Virus record (IMG/VR): IMGVR_UViG_3300025120_000076
Coordinates: 1-52,422 of that record
Strand: one strand, 5' to 3'
Length of the DNA: 52,422 nt
Source of the DNA: a virus
Taxonomy: Duplodnaviria > Caudoviricetes
Shown here: piece by piece, positions 46,899-52,422 of the stretch
Position numbering within the stretch: position 1 is the first letter of the stretch
How the letters are laid out: every line of letters begins with the position of its first letter
The notes under the pieces: model-generated
The model's database searches: none
The model's input: the letters and a program-made list of their open reading frames with translations, nothing else
What the model was told of the DNA's origin: nothing
Made by a program: the position numbers and the translations under genes

Positions 46899-49418
46899 TT
46901 AAGCTACTTTTATTATAAGAGCTTGATATGTACCTTGTGATATGCTACTACCTACAAAGTTAATAGTTAAATCATTACCCGATCTAGTTACATCAGCATA
47001 AACTGTTTCACCGCCCGAAGTTATAACCTCACATTTTGTATTTATTGCAGTTGCACCTAAAACTGAATTAGTATCTATAACCCAACCTTCTGTACCAGCT
47101 GGTGGACCTGATTGTTGTGATACACCTGATGTAGAAGTATTAAGAACTACATTAGCAGCACTAAATGCTCCAGCAGCAGAGAAAGGTAAATCAGATACTA
47201 AACCTTTTTTAACATTATTATCATCTGCATCACTATACATTATTGTATCTGTAAGTGCTATGGCAGTTCCTTCTAAATCAGTTGCTGTTTCAATTATGTT
47301 ATCTGTTCCTAAGTAATCAACCGCAAACTCAGTTCCACTTAATGTTAAACCATCACCAGCTGTGTAAGTTGTATTAGTACCTGTTAAAGTAATTGTATTT
47401 CCAGTTTGCGAAGCTGTAACACTACCCGCACCTAATACTAACACCGTTCCACCACTTGCGCTAAGCTCTATACCTGAATCAGTATTATTAGTACCAACAC
47501 CAGATATTGTTTGATTAGCATTTTGTGTGTCTGTCCACGGTATGTTAACAACCATTTTGTCATTTTCAGTTAACTGAATTCCATACCATCTACTAGTTGT
47601 AGTTGAAATACCATTAACACCAGATTCAGTTACATCAGTGTCACTGAATAACTTAACACCACCAAGTACTGAAGTTGTTGCAGTTGGTAAAGAATAGGCC
47701 GATGTATAAGTTGGTATAGCCCACTCATTATCTTTACTTAAGAATCTAGTTGTAGAAGTAGCACTAGAACCATCTGCAGCAGATAAATCAGCGTCAAGTT
47801 CTACGGCACCAGTAGTTGCGGTTGTTGGTGACATTGTTAAATATGATGAATTAGCGCTGTCTGCTTTAAAACTATTTACAACTACACCTTGAGATATTAA
47901 TGACCAGTCTGAACAAACAGAAGCGTTAGCAGATGCAACTTCAACACCTATTACAGCATCACCTACATCTAAGAAACTAGTTGTTGCACACGTACCAGTA
48001 CCTCCACTTCCGTAGAAATTACCACCAGTATTTGCTACTACATAGTAATCACCAAGTGCTACAGCAACCCTTGCCGCGGCTGGATTAAAGTCAGAACCTG
48101 ATAATTGATACAAATAACTACCATCATTATCTCCTGATAATATTTCACCAGTATCAGCTCTAAATGTTCCTTTAAATGTTAATCCACCAGCGACTAAACC
48201 ATCAACATAATCTTTTGTTACAAGCGTTGTGCTAGCATCAGTTCCTGCTGTAGAAGCTGATTGAGCTTTACCTGCTGTTTTTATTGAATCAACACCACTA
48301 CCTAAAACCTCTAATTGAGTGGTGATTTTTACTGTATTTGGTAAACCAAAAATGTAAGCATCTTCTGCTACACCTGTTACCTCTACTTCATCACCTGTTC
48401 CGCTAAATGTTATTGTATCTTGTACACTACCATTTTTAGCAAGTGTTAAATCAGTACTATTAGCTGCTTTGTCTAATGCATATGTGTTCTGCGAATTGTT
48501 ATCTGTCCAAGGAACATTAACAACTAATTTAGCATCACCTACAGCTGAGTCGTTATCAAGTTGCACTGCGTAATATCTACCAGTTGTTGTAGATAAACCC
48601 TGAGTATTTTCACCTGATTGAGTATTATTAACATTAGCACTAAAAACAGTACCTGTTAATGTAAGACCATTTCCAGCTGTATATTGTGTATTGTCGTTCG
48701 GTAGTTGAATAGCCATTACGTATGGATCACTTGTACTACCCGATCCACTTACTGTAACACCAGCTGTTCCAGTTGCGGCGGTAAGCTTCACAAATTTACC
48801 AGTTGTAATATCGCTGTCAGAATCTGCAGAGTCTCTTAAAACCCATTTGTTGTAGTTGTCAGCAGTTGTTGCAACTGAAATTTCACTGCTCGAAACTCTA
48901 GTTATATTTATAAGATTTCCACCAGTTAATTTAACATTGTCATCAGCACCAGTACTAGGGTCTAATGTTAAAAATGGATTATCATCGCTACCAACACTGG
49001 ATTGGTTTGCTAGAAAATCATAAGTTGTATCAACACTACCTGTTGGTACTGCCCATGTACCGTCTGCTCGTAAGAAGTTGGTGTCTTGAGTTTCTCCATT
49101 TGAACTTGGTACGTGACCAACATTAGAATCTCCATCAAAAGCCATTGACTTAATAAGAACAGCTCCAGTTGTTGGATCTACTACTATTGGTACTCCTGTT
49201 GACGTGCCTGGTGTTGTTTCGTCTACAGAAGTAACCGAACCAGCTATTGTAACCCAAGCACTACCCTCACCTACTTTTAAAACGTTTAAAGTTGTGTCAT
49301 AATATAACTGACCATCTACAGGTGTCCCAGCGTCGGTGTCGTTTAATTGATTATCGATCACAGGTTGCTTGAGCTGGTTTTGATTGTAGCTAACCGTGTT
49401 TAAAAAGTTTATTGCCAT
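46899..49418 (-). CDS. tail fibre protein
   Basis: Motifs FLRADGTW, YTAG.GLTL.GT x2, VVN[VI]PWTD x2, YSLPTAT...LGGVK and TKDYVD. Confidence 0.8.
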   Translation of the reverse strand: MAINFLNTVSYNQNQLKQPVIDNQLNDTDAGTPVDGQLYYDTTLNVLKVGEGSAWVTIAGSVTSVDETTPGTSTGVPIVVDPTTGAVLIKSMAFDGDSNVGHVPSSNGETQDTNFLRADGTWAVPTGSVDTTYDFLANQSSVGSDDNPFLTLDPSTGADDNVKLTGGNLINITRVSSSEISVATTADNYNKWVLRDSADSDSDITTGKFVKLTAATGTAGVTVSGSGSTSDPYVMAIQLPNDNTQYTAGNGLTLTGTVFSANVNNTQSGENTQGLSTTTGRYYAVQLDNDSAVGDAKLVVNVPWTDNNSQNTYALDKAANSTDLTLAKNGSVQDTITFSGTGDEVEVTGVAEDAYIFGLPNTVKITTQLEVLGSGVDSIKTAGKAQSASTAGTDASTTLVTKDYVDGLVAGGLTFKGTFRADTGEILSGDNDGSYLYQLSGSDFNPAAARVAVALGDYYVVANTGGNFYGSGGTGTCATTSFLDVGDAVIGVEVASANASVCSDWSLISQGVVVNSFKADSANSSYLTMSPTTATTGAVELDADLSAADGSSATSTTRFLSKDNEWAIPTYTSAYSLPTATTSVLGGVKLFSDTDVTESGVNGISTTTSRWYGIQLTENDKMVVNIPWTDTQNANQTISGVGTNNTDSGIELSASGGTVLVLGAGSVTASQTGNTITLTGTNTTYTAGDGLTLSGTEFAVDYLGTDNIIETATDLEGTAIALTDTIMYSDADDNNVKKGLVSDLPFSAAGAFSAANVVLNTSTSGVSQQSGPPAGTEGWVIDTNSVLGATAINTKCEVITSGGETVYADVTRSGNDLTINFVGSSISQGTYQALIIKVA

Positions 49419-49428
49419 GATTGTTTTT

Positions 49429-50115
49429 TTAGTTTAAGTATACTTTCCCTGTTATGTTTTGAGAAAAGTTGATTTTTAGTGTGTTTACTGTTAAATATGT
49501 TACTTGACCATATATCTCTACATTGTTGTTTGATATAACAGATACAGATGGGTTTTTGTTTAAATTATGTGTTACATTCCATTGCGCTTGATTAACAAAA
49601 GCTTCTTCGTAGTTTTTATCACCCACGTCTCCTGCTAAAACAAAATTTGCGAAGTCATAGTTTTTGTTGTTAACTAAGGACCCGTTACCTCCTATGTATG
49701 TTAATGCTAACGTATATGTTGTTGCTCCAGCGTCAATAGTATATGCTGTTATTTTGTAATGTCCAAAATTACTTATTTGTTTTTGTTCATTTATTAGTAA
49801 ATCACTATCTACTAAATAATTTAAGAACTGTACTACATTTTGCCCACTTATATCTACTATAGAAACAGTAAGACTAGTTATTGCACTGAAGTTAGTTGAA
49901 TCAGCAACGCCGCTAAACTCTCCGTTTCCAGTGCCACCTACTACAAATTTAAATACCATTTGCGCAGATACTGATATCTTAGCATTGATATTTAAATATT
50001 CAGCTATTCCAGCTGCTGTGAACTGACGTGTTAATTGGTTAGAGTATTCCGTTCCTATCCACGCGTCGTTATCTTGTATAGTTTTATCTATAGGATAAGA
50101 ACTTATTCTTGCCAT
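49429..50115 (-). CDS. structural (tail/collar) protein
   Basis: Starts MARISSYP. The C-terminal W.VTHNLNKNPSVSV...I.FS...GKVYLN domain is typical of fibre-attachment proteins. Confidence 0.6.
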   Translation of the reverse strand: MARISSYPIDKTIQDNDAWIGTEYSNQLTRQFTAAGIAEYLNINAKISVSAQMVFKFVVGGTGNGEFSGVADSTNFSAITSLTVSIVDISGQNVVQFLNYLVDSDLLINEQKQISNFGHYKITAYTIDAGATTYTLALTYIGGNGSLVNNKNYDFANFVLAGDVGDKNYEEAFVNQAQWNVTHNLNKNPSVSVISNNNVEIYGQVTYLTVNTLKINFSQNITGKVYLN

Positions 50116-50116
50116 G

Positions 50117-50677
50117 TTATGTAAAGTTTACAATTCTATATAGAATGTTTAGTTTAATAGGTGAGTTACCTTGTGATACTGTAGTGCCGGATGTTGCTGT
50201 TAAAGTGAAAGCTGTGTTTGGTTCGTAAACCATCTCATCATTGTTAGGGAAATCAAAAACAGTATATCTATCTTGTGTAATGTTTAATTCTGTTGAAGGG
50301 TTAAGAGTATGAAAAGTGCTTACTGCTCCTAATTTAAAAGCGATAACATCGCTTAAACCAGTGGTTGCAAAATTATATACAGTACCTCCATAGTCTAAAA
50401 ACATTGCCATGTTTAATATTGATATTAATTGTCCGGCACCTGCAGCAGGTATAAGGTCTATTACTCCACCTCCGTTTAATGCTAGCATGTCAGACGCTGA
50501 AAGTGTAATTTCTTTTAGTTTTAAAATACTATTATCTACGGAAAATGAAGCTACATCAGTTATACTGAAGTTTCTAGTAACTGGAAGATCATCCGAGTTA
50601 GCTTTTGGAACAACTGTACCGAGTAACATATCGTCTGCCTTTGGCGTTCCTTTAGGGTAACTTTGGATTATTGACAT
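50117..50677 (-). CDS. structural protein, first gene of the late arm
   Basis: Starts MSIIQSYP. The C-terminal domain resembles the tip domain of fibre 43548..46847. Confidence 0.6.
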   Translation of the reverse strand: MSIIQSYPKGTPKADDMLLGTVVPKANSDDLPVTRNFSITDVASFSVDNSILKLKEITLSASDMLALNGGGVIDLIPAAGAGQLISILNMAMFLDYGGTVYNFATTGLSDVIAFKLGAVSTFHTLNPSTELNITQDRYTVFDFPNNDEMVYEPNTAFTLTATSGTTVSQGNSPIKLNILYRIVNFT

Positions 50678-50721
50678 CTGTTAGTGTGTGTGTTAGTTTT
50701 AGTGTATTATTTATATCTTAT

Positions 50722-50750
50722 ATACTCACATATAATAAGGCGTTTTTACA
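50722..50750 (-). promoter_or_regulatory. putative late promoter motif, copy 1
   Basis: TGTAAAAA-N11-ATGTGAGTAT, about 45 bp upstream of the first late gene. Confidence 0.55.
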
Positions 50751-50963
50751 TAGCTTGTGACAATAGGTACTTACTTACTTATATTATAAGGCTAGTGTCA
50801 AAGTTTTTAAGTGTAGAGACGTGTAGTGTTGCCACTCTTTTCTCTGCACTATCTTTGTATAGGAAAACCACTTTGTTTTGACCGGGTTCCCCATGCTTTA
50901 CCTCGCTCAACCGTGACGTTTCGAATTTTCCATGCACGACCTTAAAAGCTTAGCACTTTGTTT

Positions 50964-50993
50964 ACAGAACTACTACGTAGATGATTAGATAAT
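50964..50993 (+). promoter_or_regulatory. putative early promoter motif, copy 1
   Basis: ACA-N7-TACG-N8-TAGATAAT. Confidence 0.65.
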
Positions 50994-51065
50994 TTACATG
51001 TAAGTTCATTCACATACTGTCTCACTACTCGCTTCGCTACTATAATATAATATATAATAGCAATA

Positions 51066-51171
51066 TGACAACTTGTCACTACATATATGACTGATTGTCA
51101 TGACATTATGTCACAGTTATAATACATATATACTATGACACTATGACACTTCGCGGTATGACACTATGACA
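51066..51171. repeat. array of five 13-bp TGAC(A/T)-N3-TG(T/A)CA units
   Basis: Units at 51066, 51088 and 51101 have inverted half-sites. Units at 51136 and 51159 have direct half-sites (TGACACTATGACA). Confidence 0.85.
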
Positions 51172-51203
51172 TATTTAATAAGTAAACTAAATTACATACT
51201 TAA

Positions 51204-51233
51204 ACAAACTAAATACGTAACGAACTAGATAAT
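51204..51233 (+). promoter_or_regulatory. putative early promoter motif, copy 2
   Basis: ACA-N7-TACG-N8-TAGATAAT, about 40 bp upstream of ORF 51275. Confidence 0.7.
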
Positions 51234-51274
51234 ATAAATGTAACTAAATAATAATAATAATTAAAATTAAAACT

Positions 51275-51499
51275 ATGCAATTAAATTCTAAAAGATTTGT
51301 CATCAGACAATCACTAATCGGAAAAAATCAAACAATCAATGTAACTTTCAAAAATGGTAAAACATACACTTACAATCACGATAAAGTGTGGGAAATTATG
51401 AAAGATAAATTATCAGAAATGAATTGTTTTATTAAGTACAAATCTTACACTTCATCAACTAGTGTACCAGTAGTACTAAGAGATAAAGAGGTAGTATAA
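51275..51499 (+). CDS. small early hypothetical protein
   Basis: 74 aa with an A-rich leader ending ACTATG, followed by a hairpin. Confidence 0.75.
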   Translation: MQLNSKRFVIRQSLIGKNQTINVTFKNGKTYTYNHDKVWEIMKDKLSEMNCFIKYKSYTSSTSVPVVLRDKEVV

Positions 51500-51512
51500 C
51501 TACTACTTCTTT
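51487..51512 (+). terminator. hairpin over the stop codon (possible weak terminator or processing site)
   Basis: AGAGGTAGTA-taac-TACTACTTCT followed by a short T run. Confidence 0.45.
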
Positions 51513-51619
51513 ACCAAACGGTGACTATCCGAACCGAGTCGGCAACAGGCTAAACTGGATATTATACAGGCGCGTTTCGCTTATATTAATCACCTGTCTA
51601 AATAATGTTGAATGAGCAA

Positions 51620-51665
51620 TGTCATTATGGTACAAGAGTGTGTTCGATTCACACTATGACAACTA
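51620..51665 (+). ncRNA. tRNA-like minihelix (acceptor stem plus T-arm only)
   Basis: TGTCAT pairs with ATGACA. T-arm GTGTG-TTCGATT-CACAC and 3' ACTA. No D or anticodon arm. Confidence 0.55.
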
Positions 51666-51683
51666 ACAAATTAAATTATAACT

Positions 51684-51893
51684 ATGTCAAAATTCAAATT
51701 CAGAGGATTTATTCCTGCAGTAACTAAATATGTAAAATCAAAACCACTAGTAGAAGTGGTAGCGGAAGTAATAGCCTTCGGTTTACTAATGCCATTAGCG
51801 TTTGGCGGAATTACCTTCTTCATCTTTATGATGATAACAGGTCAAGTTGATTATTCAGCGATGGATTCTATTAACTGTCAAATCTGCTACTAA
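51684..51893 (+). CDS. small early membrane protein
   Basis: Long hydrophobic stretch, C-terminal CQIC and an ACTATG start context. Confidence 0.7.
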   Translation: MSKFKFRGFIPAVTKYVKSKPLVEVVAEVIAFGLLMPLAFGGITFFIFMMITGQVDYSAMDSINCQICY

Positions 51894-52024
51894 TGAAAGT
51901 TTACTATAGCAAACTACAAGAGAGATTTATAGCTCGTGAAGAATACTTTGACGAGCTACTCTTTGGAACTCTTAATGATGAGAACTATGACAAGCCAATA
52001 CAAAACAACTACGATAAAAAGTAG
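51893..52024 (+). CDS. small early hypothetical protein (43 aa)
   Basis: Read by hand (MKVYYSKLQERFIAREEYFDELL...). TAATG coupling to the previous gene. Confidence 0.55.
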   Translation: MKVYYSKLQERFIAREEYFDELLFGTLNDENYDKPIQNNYDKK

Positions 52025-52029
52025 ATAAT
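52000..52029 (+). promoter_or_regulatory. putative early promoter motif, copy 3
   Basis: ACA-N7-TACG-N8-TAGATAAT, 11 bp upstream of ATG 52041. Confidence 0.65.
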
Positions 52030-52040
52030 ATAATAAAATC

Positions 52041-52181
52041 ATGCAAAGAATAATATACATATCAAAACTATCACTCTGGTTACAAAGTAATCACGAAATA
52101 CTATCAGTTCTTCCTCAGGAAATACTCGATGAAGTGTATGTATATCAACGCTTTCAAACTAAACTAATTAATAATCTTTAA
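52041..52181 (+). CDS. small early hypothetical protein (46 aa)
   Basis: Read by hand (MQRIIYISKLSLWLQ...). Confidence 0.5.
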   Translation: MQRIIYISKLSLWLQSNHEILSVLPQEILDEVYVYQRFQTKLINNL

Positions 52182-52193
52182 AAATATAATACT

Positions 52194-52313
52194 ATGAGCA
52201 ATTTCTCTTACACACTACTAAAAATATCTTGGCGAGTATACGACAAGCATTACACTAAATTAACTGACGAAGAAAAGTCTAATGTACTAGATATCTATTA
52301 TGATTTCTATTAA
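52194..52313 (+). CDS. small early hypothetical protein (39 aa)
   Basis: Read by hand (MSNFSYTLLKISWRVYDKHY...). ACTATG start context. Confidence 0.55.
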   Translation: MSNFSYTLLKISWRVYDKHYTKLTDEEKSNVLDIYYDFY

Positions 52314-52324
52314 AATAATTAACT

Positions 52325-52422
52325 ATGCAATTTATACTAACATGCCCTAATGGCAAAGAAATCGATATGACTCACTACGTCGGTAAACAAATGGATGGTG
52401 AGTTAACTAGACAAGATGTTCT
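52325..52422 (+). CDS. 3'-truncated early hypothetical protein
   Basis: MQFILTCPNGKEIDM... is open to the window end. ACTATG start context. Confidence 0.55.
   Translation, partial: MQFILTCPNGKEIDMTHYVGKQMDGELTRQDV

Noticed and set aside
7544-50660. Numerous plus-strand ORFs antisense to late genes (e.g. 11228..11917, 42085..42507)
   Set aside because: These are shadow ORFs with S/L/F-rich antisense composition, overlapping well-supported minus-strand genes.
50684-50881. 65-aa plus-strand ORF in the control region
   Set aside because: It has a GTG start, overlaps the late promoter motif and inverted repeat, and lies upstream of the early promoters. It is likely non-coding.
51066-51171. CRISPR or mini-CRISPR array
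   Set aside because: Units are 13 bp with 0-22 bp irregular gaps, unlike CRISPR repeat-spacer geometry, and no cas genes are present.
51620-51665. A canonical tRNA gene
   Set aside because: There is no D arm or anticodon arm and it is only about 46 nt, so it is kept as a tRNA-like element.

Overview
The window is a large, AT-rich piece of a tailed dsDNA phage genome. It is most likely an aquatic Bacteroidota/Flavobacteria-infecting phage with a podovirus-like layout. The host call is an inference from A-rich leaders without Shine-Dalgarno sequences, a Flavobacterium-like RNR and tail-fibre motifs. There are three blocks. (1) 1-5081, + strand: end of a nucleotide-metabolism operon with a T7 endonuclease-I-like resolvase, nrdB, a lipoprotein, a 2OG-Fe(II) oxygenase and nrdA. 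(2) 5148-50677, - strand: one long late arm with tail fibres, groEL/groES, a cluster of small basic proteins, holin, a GroES-like gene, terminase, portal, scaffold, major capsid, adaptors, nozzle, ejection proteins including a 2469-aa multidomain protein, amidase endolysin, a small holin and a second cluster of small basic proteins. (3) 50680-end: a divergent non-coding control region with a TGACA-N3-TG(T/A)CA array, three copies of a promoter-like motif and a tRNA-like minihelix, followed by tiny early genes on the + strand. Two candidate new systems stand out. The first is about nine small basic proteins sharing an MA(Y/F)xQ...SP/FGP leader and SP[LFIA]/G[MVLI]SR linkers, one of which is an HExxH metallopeptidase; this could be a capsid-cargo targeting and processing system. 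The second is a giant ejection-type protein carrying zincin, sigma-region-2-like and HAD domains, alongside a non-host-like early promoter motif; this could be a virion-delivered transcription specificity factor. All functional calls come from motif recognition, and no database searches were run.
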